64,000 nucleotides of DNA from Rotaria socialis (taxonomy: Eukaryota). Shown here in pieces: positions 14,756 through 27,740 of the stretch (the stretch's first letter is position 1; each line of letters starts with the position of its first letter). The stretch lies in assembly GCA_905331295.1 (NCBI GenBank), contig CAJNYD010000555.1:1-64000 (forward strand), read 5' to 3'. The translations under genes were made by a program, and so were the position numbers. Below the pieces are notes generated by a model. It had not been told where the DNA came from and made no database searches. It saw only the letters and a program-made list of their open reading frames with translations.

Positions 14756-15096
14756 TTGGACTAAGAAAGAGTGCTGCTACAAAATTTAAAAAGATTACTG
14801 GTGCTATTCTTTCAACTAAAACCTTTTCTCCAAATTTATGCTTAAATAATCAAAAGATCTTTCTTTATTCATCGAGTTCCCCCTATTAATAAATAAATCT
14901 ATGATAAAAACAAATGGAAATCAAAAACTAAAAGTTACAAAATAACCACTTGGTGATATTTTGAGAATTATTTGAATAGTAAACTTTTTCTTGAACACTT
15001 TTTGTTCACGATTGACGAATTCAATGTGATTACAAATGTGTATTCAATGGACAATTTGACAAGATGCTTTGAATCTGAATACACTCGATGATCTCA

Positions 15097-15606
15097 TCAA
15101 ATTGATAGGTCTGCTACAGAGGAACTTCACATTTTCATCTCTCCCTTGGACAAATTAAAATGTTGTTTTTTCCGCGCTTGATTTAATGAGAGAAGTCAAA
15201 TATTGAGACTTCAACTAATTGCACACCTTATGTAAAATTGAATTTTTTAGATAGTCTTTACTTGTTTGTAGACATACTGAAAAATTGAGNACACGTATAT
15301 ATAGGAGAGAGATAGAAGAGAGACAAGAGAGAGAGATATTACACCAATGGAAAGAGAACAGAAGGAAGAGGAAGGAGAATCATCGAAGCGTGCAATCAAT
15401 ATCGGCACACTCGTCAAATTGATAGGTCTGCTACAGAGGAACTTCACATTTTCATCTCTCCCTTGGACAAATTAAAATGTTGTTTTTTCCGCGCTTGATT
15501 TTATGAGAGAAGTCGAATATTGAAACCTCAACTAATTGCACACCTTATGTAAAATTGAATTTTTTAGATAGTCTTTACTTGTTTGTAGACATACTGAAAA
15601 ATTGAG
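15097..15606. repeat. ~193-bp direct duplication flanking a single N (probable haplotype overlap at a scaffold join)
   Basis: 15097-15289 is repeated at 15414-15606 with a few substitutions. The first copy ends exactly at the N (15290). Confidence 0.8.
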
Positions 15607-15849
15607 GGATGTGACAATTTTTTATGATTCTGCACTATGGAATCAAACGACCGAGTTATTACTGTACACAATAGTATTAAGTAATTTTTTTCCTACTGTA
15701 GACAAGATTTATTAATCAAAAGAATCACACAAGAAAGCGAAAAACTTAACAAACACGAAAGAAATCTCATTCTCTCCATTGATCTTTCTTCGCACAAGTT
15801 AATAAACGATAGATTAACATGAATGATTGAAGTCTGTTATCGCAAAAAA

Positions 15850-16489
15850 TTACGAAATAATAACGTTCGCGAAGATGTTAGGACCTGCTACATTTGATTT
15901 TAACCAATAACTCACGGCATACACTTGCCCAGTGGTAACATTAAACTGCTGACTCAGTCGATCGAAGCATCCAATAATGGCCTCACAAAAACAATAACTT
16001 CCAATTTGACAGTGGGAAGTACATACATGGCCTGATATTCCTGAGTAATATCCAAGGTGAAAGCGATCCGGTCTCAGAACCCTCATTTTTTAGCATTTGA
16101 ACCGTTCCATCATATACTGATACATCATCAAGATACCATGCACCAGGATCATTGCGAAGTTCAAAGGCAAGAGCAAATGAACCTGTTGTAGGTGATGTTC
16201 ATTCACATGTGAAATATTGATATAAAGTTACAGAGATCGATGCAATTGTTAAAGGAGTACTTGCAGAGTCAACAGAGCTTGGTAAACAAATGGGCGCCAC
16301 ATTCATGACTATAAATATCGATAGAACGGATTATAGAATATAAATTTAAAAAAATGAAATCCCTTTTAAGAATGAAAGAATTGTGAGAAATTTATAATGA
16401 ACAGTTATCGCATAGAAACCTATGAAAAGTATAGCTTTATTTTCTTCATGTTAAACTTGACTTACTTGATGTTGTTGTTGCTGTTGTCT
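15850..16489 (-). pseudogene. Stalked CBM-like family, copy A (pseudogene)
   Basis: Contains FELRNDPGAWYLDDVSV...NEGSETGSLSPW and LSQQFNVTTGQVYAVSYWL. In-frame TGA at 16199-16201 and a frameshifting deletion after SPW. A 24-nt Thr micro-exon is present at 16466-16489; no TM exon was found. Confidence 0.8.
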
Positions 16490-16611
16490 CTGAAATGGCA
16501 AACAATGAATTACAAGTCTGTATCGCATGGGTTATATACTAACTACGGGTTAGTAAAGTTAGAAAATTTCAAGAAACTGAATTCACTTTGAAGGGAAAAC
16601 CTATATTTACA

Positions 16612-17076
16612 TCATTTATATATAGCGAAATATTTACAGTTTCTGAGCTCTTGAATCTCAGATAAATCTAGTTGCCACATGATTGAGATTGTTAGAATTT
16701 TCTCACAAAATATTTCCAAAGCTTTCATTATTACGTGTACAATTGAATAGCCAACAATAGCTCGATTCAAACATTGGATACAACTATCTAATGCGAAATT
16801 GTACTGATGAAGTTTTTGATGAGCAAACCCACGCTGATAAAGTGCTTGAAGTTCATGTTTAGTTGATAAGTTTAAGGATAAAATAGCTGCATCAAAATCC
16901 ACAATGGCAAGCTGATATTTATTGAGATGAATTCCTGTACAACCACGATCATAAAGAGAAAGCACATCATTTTGATTGGACGAAAGTAATAAATTGAATT
17001 CAGTCTCTGCATTGGCATAATCATACCTTTTTGCGAGTCCAAATGCATTAGTAAGATTTGTATTTTCAGATGCCAT
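16612..17076 (-). CDS. TPR-repeat protein fragment, possibly a pseudogene
   Basis: TPR-like helices LYDRGCTGIHLNKYQLAIVDFDAAI and LYQRGFAHQKLHQYNFALD. The C-terminal part loses the pattern. Confidence 0.55.
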   Translation of the reverse strand: MASENTNLTNAFGLAKRYDYANAETEFNLLLSSNQNDVLSLYDRGCTGIHLNKYQLAIVDFDAAILSLNLSTKHELQALYQRGFAHQKLHQYNFALDSCIQCLNRAIVGYSIVHVIMKALEIFCEKILTISIMWQLDLSEIQELRNCKYFAIYK

Positions 17077-18733
17077 AACTGCAAATATTTAACTTCTATA
17101 CCGACAAAGAAACAAACAAGAATAAAATGTCTGAATACTTCTGTTCTAAACGTTGTGAATTATTCATTCTTTTCTACCATTTTTATTTCTTTTTTAAGTT
17201 AGTCGTAGAAAAAAAAGACTCACTTACGCATAAAGAATATTAAAATTTTAAAAATTCTCAATTCTTGTAATAAGAAAAAGAAATTTAACATGTATAACTC
17301 AACAGCAAAGCACCTTCATGAATGAAAATTTTCTGAAGTTTTTGTCAACTGATTGGTTGTAAAGCTATAACGATACTAAACTATCCATCGTCTTTAGTAG
17401 GTATTTTATTTTGAACCTGAACAAGATATCGATGCATCAAGTAAACACTTATTCAATTTATCAAATTTCATTTTGGTGCGCAATACCGAACGAAAGTTTT
17501 GTTTTCGTTTTCTGTCGATGATTGTTCAATGCTTGTTTTATTCAGAGTAATTTATCGGATAGCATTTGGAAATTCCATGAAAGATAATCGGATTATTTTT
17601 TAACAACAACATCTTCAATTAGAAGTCTTTTTCTTAATTGTATCCAAAACGACGCGGTGTGTTTTTAGAATGTTTAACTCTCGGCCCATCTTTGACCTTC
17701 AATGATTATGAAAAGATATCACCAAGGGAAAAAATTAATATTTTTGTTTTCTTTTTCTTTGCTATTCGTTATATAAGATGATCTTTTTGAAGGTGGCAAC
17801 ATCATGAAAAAAAATAATACAACAATAATCGAAGAACAAACGTGTGAGTAAAAAATGTTAATATTTTTCTCTCTATGAAATTTTCATACCTGACAGTTCA
17901 ATTGCTAGCTCATGAACTTCAAGAAAAAATTCAACAAAGAGTGATGGCTGTACGAATTAAATGTAAATTTGAAACATACCAGCTAGAACAAGAATTATAA
18001 TCATTTAAAAAGCTTGTATTTAAACACTATAGAAATATTCGTTTAGAAAAAGGGGAAAATTGGAAATACGATACTAATTATAAATATTCAAGAGTATCTA
18101 CCTCGAGTAAATATGATTATTAGTTAGAAAGTAATTCATAGTTTTACCATTTATGAGAGATTTAAAACCGTACATTACTAGTCATAGATACTTTGAACTG
18201 ATCACTAAAACCAGTGATTTGGTGAGCTTTCGAATTGTTGTTGACTGCTTTTAATACAACTGCTCCCTGAAGTTGTTCAGTTCAAACTGTCAAAATCAAT
18301 GTCACTCTGGAAAATTATCATTCAATTCATCTTTTTTGGTCTCTTGTACAAGCTTCAAAAGTTCATCCTTGTATGAAAGAATATTAACAATATCAACATC
18401 AATATGAACTTTCTTAAAGGTAATTTTTTCATGATTGTGGATTTATGATAGTTTACCAGCATAAGCTGATACCCACGCGTGCATCCCCTCTGTGCCCGTG
18501 AGGAGACATGTTTGTAACTTTAAATTAGGCTATCGAATGATCACGTCATTATTGTGAAAAACAACAACTGAGTATGAGTTTTATTTTCTTCATAAAATTG
18601 ATTATTTTGATGGAATTCGCGCGGGAGCACAAAAGTTCAAAAATGTGACAATGATTTTTCTATTGGTCTCTATTTGTAAATGTTTATACACGTGGAACTA
18701 AGGTGAATCATTCGATTGTTTGACTGAAATAAA

Positions 18734-20105
18734 TTACAAAAGAGTAACCACTGCAGTTATCACAGAGCCAATTGAATCTGATTTTAACCAGAAACTCACA
18801 ACATACACTTGTCCAGCCGTAGCCGTAAACTGTTGGCTAAGTTGATCGGCACATCCATTACTTCCATCAGTAGCACAATAATTGCCACTACGACATGAAG
18901 AACTATATATTCCCGCTCGGAAACCTCCACAATTTCCATTTGGTCCTGTTCGTACCCAAGGTGAAAGAGTACAAGTTTCGAAACCTATATTTGATAGCAT
19001 TTGTGTGCCTCCTTGATAGATAGAGGTATCATCAAGATACCACTGACCTGGATCATTGCGCAGTTCAAATGTGAAATTAACTGGGCCTGTAGTAGGTGGT
19101 GTCCATTCATATGCATAGCAGCCGTACGTAGTCTTATTGGAAGTTGGGATAGTCAAAAGAGTACTTGCAGAACCAACATAACTAGGGGAGCATGGAGGCA
19201 GTGGTGTTGTTGCTGTTAATGAAGATAAACTTAATGATAGAAGATGAATAGACAAAAATTGATCTCACGAGGTAAGTTCAGATTTCCGAAAAAGTAAATT
19301 TCCGAAAATAACAAATTTCTGTCACACTATTAAAAGACACAAGAGTGCCAACAGAAATTTCCTTCAAACTTCCGTAATTGCCATTACGTACAAAAGAAAG
19401 TTATCAGAAAATACCATAATTTCAAATACCACCCAACAAAATATCCTGGGAATTTCTGAAATCCGCTTCACATAAAGACAGAAATTTTCCGTTAATTTCG
19501 GAAATAACTAATCACATGCCAGCAAATTAGAACCAAAACAAACACTAAATTCTCGACTGCTTTCCGTCATTATCTGGAAATTACGGTAATTTCTATACGA
19601 TATTAATATAGAAATTATGGAAACTTCCGTAATTTCCGAAATTTCCAGTAAAAGACTTTATTTTGGTTTTGGCTTATGGTGAATAATATTGGAGTAATTA
19701 CGAAAGTTTCTGATATTTTCTAAAACTTGACTTTTTCATCCCTGTAGTTTCCGAAATATTCATATTTAACTAGGAAATTTCCTTTTTTGGAAATCTGTCC
19801 AGTGCTGATTCACGATACATTTATAAATATTATCAGGACATACCACTGGTTGATGAAGTTGATGAAGTTGTTGTTATTGTTGTCGATACTGAAAGATTTA
19901 TAAAAGATTTTTCTTTATACGCTCAACTTTAACTCCTTGGAATAACAACAAAGATGTTTCATATAGATTATAGAATACCTGTAGTATTTGGAGATGATGT
20001 TAGCCAAAGTGTAATTATGATAGCTAATACTATACCGCCAAATAATGAACCAACGATGAAATATTTTATACATGTCGATTTGGCTGTACAAATATTGTTA
20101 ACCAA
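18734..20105 (-). CDS. Stalked CBM-like type II membrane protein, copy B (5' end unresolved)
   Basis: TM exon ~19978-20105 (YFIVGSLFGGIVLAIIITLWL), a 45-nt Ser/Thr exon at 19844-19888, and an intact head exon 18734-19212 (FELRNDPGQWYLDD...NIGFETCTLSPW...LSQQF...VSFWL). Confidence 0.7.
19276..19807. mobile_element. MITE-like element in an intron of copy B
   Basis: Imperfect terminal inverted repeats (ttcagatttccgaaaaag / ccttttttggaaatctgtcc) and many internal tttccgaaa/tttccgtaa motifs. Related element at 20503-20765. Confidence 0.55.
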
Positions 20106-20502
20106 TCTATATGTATTGTAATGAAATATAAATTATGTTCAAAGAAAGCGATAGAAATAAAAACAATATATTTTCAATAATAAAACTCATAAGAATTCAT
20201 TGTCTTCACGACTTATTCACACTATGGATGATATAGTTCTGTTCTTTCAGTTCGATTGAAGCAATCTATTAAAATGAATTTCCTAACTCAATTAGTGCAA
20301 CATGTATCGGAATAGATTTTAGCAGATGAGGTAGGAATAATTGCACTTCTAATATTTAAAAGGCTTCCCTTATGTCTTTTCTCAATGAACAAAGCGTTTT
20401 AATCAAAATTTGGCGCTTGCAATTATATTACGATAAAGTATACTTTATTTTGCAAATATACTAGTATTACATTTCACTTGAACTATTCAATATATGCTTC
20501 AG

Positions 20503-20765
20503 CAGTGTTCAGACTTCCAAAAAAGGAAATTTCAAGTACTTGTGTTCTAAATTGTTTGGTACTTCCCAAAATTATACAATTTCCGAAATTTCTGAAATTT
20601 CAAAAATTCTGTACAAAGCGAAATTTCCGAAATTACAGAAGATTCCGAAATTTCTAAACTTTCAAATATTTTCAAAAAATTTTCATTTGCTTTGCTATGT
20701 AGTAACCGAGTTGATGGAAGCTTCGGAAATTTCTGTAATTTCCTTTTTCGGAAATCTGAACATAC
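20503..20765. mobile_element. MITE-like element, same family as 19276-19807
   Basis: TIRs tgttcagacttccaaaaaaggaaatt / aatttcctttttcggaaatctgaaca, with internal tttccgaaa repeats. Confidence 0.6.
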
Positions 20766-23700
20766 CTCATATGCTTACGTTTCTTTAGTTAAAACTTATA
20801 ACTTAAATAAGTGTGATCTATATGTTAAAAGTTGATTGATGTGCATACGATGAATTTAACCGCTATATGTGCCGATCAAGATAAAGGTAGACTAATTTAT
20901 CGACATACTCATATCTACTGAAATCAAATCGGTAAGTGTATCTCAGGTGTCGAAAGCATCCAGAGGCCATTTGTATGCGACAAACAGCAACATTTTCACC
21001 ATCAGAAAGAGATATCGGTGAACTCTACGACCGAAAATAAATTTAAAATCATCGCTGCAAATTATCTGAATAAGCGTGATATTTTTTTGAGGAAGAAAAT
21101 GTTTTTCCTTTTCGCCCATGTCTTTTTAATGTATCTTCTGAACTTACATCGAGCTCCTTGAAGCTGAAATGGATACTTAATTGAGAAAGCTACCTGTTGA
21201 GAAAAATAATCGTTTTAAATGGAAAACGTGAATGTTATGTACATTATCTGAAATTATATTGGTTTTACCTGATATAGTAGAATTATCACTAGGATGTTAC
21301 AAGTAACATGTACGTGTTTGAGTCACCATACATGATACTTCTCGCATCCCCAGTACTATCACTAGTATCCTAGATGCCTATACGAGTGTTAGTGTGGATT
21401 GAAATGTTGGAATTTGATTGTGGGGATAAGAAATCTGGCTTCATGCATTCTATCTCAGTACTCACATCAACAGAGTAGTTAATTGTGTTCCAAAGGATGC
21501 ATTAACTTGAAATAGAAAAACAAAATTTATTCTGCAGGAAAGCATTATCTGCTGTGGTGTAACGTGTTTGAAGTATCAACCGCGTAAACGTAGCGCACAT
21601 ATATGTAGTACAACATTGAATAAGCAAGGTGTAATCACGCATATAGGATGTTCGTTTCTAATGTAGCTTATTTGGTAACTAAATTCTCATAAATTTTAAA
21701 TTCGCAAGAATCTCAATACTTTATTGGTCACTTTGCAATTGAAAAATCTTCAACTAAACTCAATCTGCTATGCCGATAATTCCTAATGATGATAAATGGT
21801 GAAGAATAAGCCTGTTCATGATTAAATTACTTCTGAATGTTAACGTTTGATATGTATTCCTTTTTAATATTGGTGTTAGATTTTATTGGCTAGTATGTCA
21901 AACATAGAATCGGCTGATAAATATTGAATCATGGTGCGATTTCTTCGACAAAAATAGATATTCTTTGAATAAATAAGAGTGTAATAATGTCTTCAACACA
22001 TTGTTTATAGTGTGTGTTTCAGTATCTGATAAAAATATATTTCGTTAATTCTTAAATAACTTAACCTGTTTTCATTTGTCGTTAGATTATTGTTCCACTG
22101 GTTATTATCAGTACTATTTTCCCGTTGTACGCTCGACGATTGATGATAATCCATTTTCGATGATATATCCGATGACCAAATGCTTTTTTGAGGAAACTTC
22201 ATGTTTTAGTAAATAGAATTATTCTCAGTTTTTTTATTGAGCTCTGTTTATGCCTATTCAAGAATAAAATGCACTTCAGATTTTCTTACATTGTGTAGAC
22301 AGAAATACTTTTATTTTCCCTCTGATTAGAATAATTACAAAGCAAATTATGACATTGAATAGGCTTCAATCGAGCTCCGAATGACGATTCAAATGTATTA
22401 ATTAAAGAAAATTTCGTTCGCCTGATCGAAGCATTTTTTTTGTTTTTAATCTTTACGCAAAAAATAGGCATCAAATATAAAAGAAACAACACATGACGTC
22501 ACCTAGAATTTCATTTAACTAAATCTTCGTAATTACTATAAACGAGTTTGTAACAGAATTTTCGGAAAATCTACCAATTGTTATGTAGCGCAATACGTAT
22601 ATACCCAACACTTCTACACAATAAAAGTCAGTTTTATTAGTTTGTTATCAAACGTTAAATACAAGTTTTAAAGGACTAACAATAGGATAGTGATTAACGA
22701 ACCTTATACAATATCTTTCATTGAGATTGTTCTCTGGTCATTGGTAAGAGCTATGATAGACATTTGCAGAACAGCAAGACTCCACTTTTATTGTTTTTTT
22801 TGTGTATACAGAACAATTGTGTTTAAATTTGGTGAAGAAATATCAGTGCAACCACGCCATTGGATAGTTTTCTCATGCATTAGCTCACTATGACTTTTCA
22901 ATTTGAATTAAATTTCATTAAAAATTACAAGAGTCAATAAGGATTGAAAAGGTTTTATCCTATACATGTTATCACACACGAGATAATGTAAATGTCATTC
23001 AGGAGATAAAACTCAGATACATTGAATAGTCAACAGGACAAAATTTCAGTTTTATCCGACGTACAAAATGAGAGACAACAAACATAATAGCACACAAACA
23101 TTATAGTACGGATTAAAATGACAATCAGAAGATTTCATCTCGCAATTTTTCATTTATCTAACCTTCTCAATATAGGGAAGTTTATTTCATTAGATTTCAG
23201 TGTCTTATTTAGTTTATCTTTGAGCTTTGGGAATATAAACTTGATTAATATTCTTTCTAAAAAAAACGATGATAGTATATTGTTAAAAATAATTTTATAA
23301 ATTTGAATACTCGATATATAGCGTTCTCGTTTAAAAACCTTGTTGGTTTATTCGAAATGAGAAGGATAATTTATAATAATATTGGTTTTGTGATATCAAG
23401 ATTGTTTAGTTACTTGATTGGTTATTACATGAATTTAAATGATATTGCAATCAATTATTTACGTTCAATTTTTTCTTAAACGAACTATTGAGGAAACGAG
23501 ATATCTCTATATCGAAAAATCAATTAGAATATAAATTTTCATTAAAAGTGTTTATTTTTCTGGATAAGGCAGTAGGTTTGTTGTTGATATTTGAAATTTC
23601 GGCGAAACTTCTAAATCATGAACCCATTGTTGCTACAGCTCTCACGTCAGTCCTACTAACCATAAGATGAGGATTCTGAAAACTAGTCGATGCACATGTT

Positions 23701-24535
23701 TCTTTATCTAACAGAAAATGCATAGCAATGTCACGTTCGTTCTCAAATTTTGTACAATCTAACTTGTCTAAAACTTGTTAGTTTAAAAAATAGGGAACAA
23801 TTCTCCTTGTATCTATCAATCAATAAAACTGTTGTATTATTGATTCATCATAGGCGGGCTATGAAAAACACAGTAAAACGTGACGTAGATGAATTCTTGC
23901 TTATTCCTTACAGTTTGCCGAAAAAAGGATTTGTGTACATACTGTACAAATGAAATGGTAGCTGCTTCGGAGAAAGCAGAGTCACCCAGTTTAATATTCG
24001 TAGTCCACAAATAGATCAGTATTACAAGTTTGTTTTTATTTTCGGCTAATTAAGTAATCTTAATATGGGCCGAGACCTATATTAAATTAGTAGTCGTTGC
24101 TATTGTCAAAGTAGTGTTAACAAACAACAGAATTGGAATAAATTTATGAATAGATGGCAGAAAATCGATGTGGAATGTGACTGGTATTATTCAACCGCGC
24201 TCACAGCCACATTACACACTCTCTTGTTGGTACCACGTTTCTATTTCCACTGATATAATTGAGAGGTAGAAGCCATTTTCAGTTTCTTTTCTTCTCTCTC
24301 AAAAGTAATCCAACGAAATATTACTTCATGAATATAATCAATTTTTTACGATTACTTTTATGCATATTAATTCAGAACAGAGTTGCATGAATAAATTTAT
24401 TCTATTGCTGTTCTCTCATCAAATAAAAGAAAAACAAAAGAAGTATGAATCGATCGATTGCTTAACAAATTCATTCGTTAGATCTTGAAAATATAATAAA
24501 AACTACCAATTATAGCGCTTCAATCGAATCAACTC

Positions 24536-25140
24536 TTTTTGTGTACTCAAAAAAAGTGAGTACACAAGAATCGGTGTGTGTTCGCCCGTCCGTTTACACG
24601 ATAACTTCTGAAAGGCTGATCAGATTGTCATGAAATTTTGTACACAGCATTATCTCATCAATATCTCGGTCGAGTTCGAAGATGAAAATAATTCGTCGAT
24701 TATTTACTGAGTTACAGCAAGAAATATCATTATTTTCTATGCAAATATTGACCTATTCCAATTTCCCGCAAATCAAAATCTTTGTCATAGTAAAAATGAA
24801 AACTCGACTATAGTATACTATTCGATAGAGAATTTCATGGGCTACAAAATGAGGCTAAATTATAGGGGTAAATATGCTGCGTTTGAAATTCCCTCAATGT
24901 CTTAGTGTCAAAAAAAGATGAAAAACTCACATAATACCGACACTTTGTCTGTATAATATGTGTTTATCTTCCATAGAACTAACGTTGTTTTTATGAAGTA
25001 GATAGAACCTGTCAAGAGCTCTAAACGATGATATATTATAGAGGTAAATATGGTGCATTTAACGTTTCCTCAATATTGCACTTCCCAAAAACTATGAAAA
25101 ACTGATGCATACTGACACTGCTGGTCGATTCTTTCAGACA
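24536..25140 (+). mobile_element. HINE/DINE-1-like non-autonomous Helentron-type element
   Basis: T-run followed by the hairpin gtgtactc-aaaaaaagt-gagtacac, a ccgtccgt motif, the core acgataact...gattgtcatgaaattttgtacacag, and a diverged internal tandem repeat (~24820-24930 / ~25000-25110). Confidence 0.55.
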
Positions 25141-25177
25141 GTTTGATCAAAATCAATCTGTCGGTAATTATGTTTCA

Positions 25178-25370
25178 TTTTTGTGTACTCAAAAAGCAAA
25201 AGTGAGTACACTATAGAATCGGTCAGTGTGTCCGGCCGTTGACACGATAGCTCCTGAAAGGCTGATTCGATTGTCATGAAATTTTGTACACAGAATGATC
25301 TCATCAATATCTCAGTCGAGTTCGAAGATGAAAGGATCCGTCAAGAAATGGCTGAGTTATCGAAAAAATG
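25178..25370 (+). mobile_element. Second HINE/DINE-like copy (5' core)
   Basis: Same T-run, gtgtactc...gagtacac hairpin and ~170-bp core as the element at 24536. Confidence 0.55.
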
Positions 25371-25887
25371 GTCATTATTGACCAAACCATCCGTGAGGGG
25401 GGGGGGGGGGGCGTACGGGGATTTTAAAAAAAGTTTTTCAGTATTATTCACAACATAAATAAATCGACTCAGTTTTTGCAGTACACATAACAATCGGATG
25501 CAAATCCGATGTTTCCGCATTTATTTCATGAAAGAGTTGATATGTGATGATGGACACTTAAATATGACTTTATGACAAAGGATGAGATATTGCGTGAAAT
25601 CGTATCTCTGATTTATTATTGTTAATCCTAGACATGAAACTATTTAGTGAGTAGTTCATGTTTTGTGATGTTGAACTACGAAATCAAAAAATTGAGTTAT
25701 TGTTGTAAAAGAAAGTAGCGGGTAAACAGTTTTCTTGTATTAACAAGATTTTTTATTTTTCAATGGATCTCAAAGGATCGCCAAACAAAATTTAGAAAAA
25801 GCAGCATCATATTTCGTTTGATCCATTTCGTTAATGTTTATAGGCGATGCATCAAAGTAAATTATTCAAGTCTATCATTCAAATGAA

Positions 25888-26064
25888 TTAAGAAAGAGTA
25901 ACCTCTGCAGTTATGCCAGAACCAAGTGAATCTGATCTTAACCAAAAACTCACGGCATACACTTGTCCAACCGTAGTCGTAAATTGTTGACTAAGTTGAT
26001 CGGCACATCCATTACTTCCCTCAGTAACACAATAACTCCCACTGTGACATGAAAAACTGGATAT
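25888..26064 (-). pseudogene. Stalked CBM-like family, copy C (3' fragment only)
   Basis: Translates to SCHSGSYCVTEGSNGCADQLSQQFTTTVGQVYAVSFWLRSDSLGSGITAEVTLS*, then homology stops abruptly. The downstream flank (25770-25840) resembles the flank of copy F (48490-48570). Confidence 0.8.
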
Positions 26065-26899
26065 TTTTATTATATGAAGTCTTTTTTAAATGTGGCTTAG
26101 AATACATTCGATAGAACTATTCCATCACAAATTTCCTCATTTCTTTTAGTTCGCGACACGTTACTGTACTATAAGTGGACAACTTTCATATATATGTGGG
26201 CAAAATTATTTGTTAGTGATGTGACCTCGCAACATTGTAACACATAACTTGGGGCAATGAACGTTCCAGAAAATCACTTTTATACGTTATATGCATATTA
26301 CGTTATTCTAGATACCCTGAAAAACATCAGCCTCAGAGCTCTTAGTTGAGAGCAACTATCACCAATACACTATCGTTAGCTACGTGACATAAAAAAAAAG
26401 AACATTAACTTCTACTTTAGGCATTTTAGTTTAAAAAAGCTCTTAATTAATGACAAAATTTTTGAAAAATAAATAATACATACTGGAGATAACTCTTATA
26501 AATGACAATGAATATTTGCAACTTGAAAGTTAGTTGTCACCTGAAATATTAGCGGTTTGTTTTCACGTAGTTACATAATACTCCTTATTAATATTCAATC
26601 CAAAATTTAATAAACTTAAGAAAATATAATTTTCCAAAACCGGTTAAACTTCTTCAAGGTTGAAACTGAAACCTGTAACAATTTTTATTATTTCGTACGA
26701 AAAATGTTTCCAGTACGACAAATGAGCATCATCTAGTAACAGTAATTGCGCTTTTATTTATTGTATCTACCTTTAGATAGTACGCATATACAAATGTGAT
26801 AAAAACAACCAATGGATAAGGTAGGCTGTAATTCAAAAATGAAACACATTTCTGTAATAACAAATAAAAACTTTGTTATTGACAATTATTTTTCTAGGA

Positions 26900-27056
26900 T
26901 GCGTCATAATCGTCTAATCTTTAGCCATCATTAACAATTTATCACTTTATTATTTACGTGATTGGGCTATGATATAGCTTGCTTAACGTCCGGGATATCT
27001 GTAAAGTCTCTGTCGGCTTGAGTTGAAGTACTCGTGCAATTTCAGTATGATTCATG
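26900..27056 (-). mobile_element. Possible degenerate Tc1/mariner N-terminal HTH relic
   Basis: MNHTEIARVLQL followed by PGR in a shifted frame, with stops; resembles a Tc1 transposase N-terminus. Confidence 0.3.
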
Positions 27057-27740
27057 AATCCTTGTTTCTGTTATCACATGAAAAAAGAAAAAAAACATCT
27101 TACAATCGCTTGAAATGTCGTAAAACTAGAGATTCTATCCGTTCTCGATTGTAAAGGGTATACATATATTATTGACAAAACCAAACGCAGATTAGAATTT
27201 GCTGCCTCTGTATTCATGATATCTAAGCGATTGTTGATTTACCCACTTAGAAAAGCTATCGAACACAAAACATTACTTTTTTCTTTATGCAATATGTTGA
27301 TTCTGTCTTTTAGAGCCTGTGGAGTATTCCATTTCAAACCGAAATAATACACCTCGAGTTTTCAGAACCACGGGGATCTACGGGATTCAAACAAAATGCA
27401 ACACCCCTGTCATCCAAGAAATCATAGTGGCTTTTCTCCCATAAGAAACTACGTACATTCTCTGCTGTTCCCAAGAAGGCACATCTTAACTACTCAACCA
27501 ACTATTTGAACTGAATTCTGAATTCAAATATGTAATATGTCCCATTATGGATCTGTTTTGTTTTCGAATGACGTAACCTAACTTTAATTCATTAAAATTC
27601 AGGTGTGAAGTGAATTATTCTAAAAATCCCGTAGTTCCTCATTTCTATCAGAAATGGTGGTGCTCTTTTTTTCTTTCGAATTTAGATTGAAATCATATAC
27701 ACCGTTGTATATTTTTTAATCGGTTTCATTTCATATAATT

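Noticed and set aside
15097..15606. Biological tandem duplication
   Set aside because: It abuts an N and differs by a few SNPs; most likely two haplotypes overlapping at a scaffold join.
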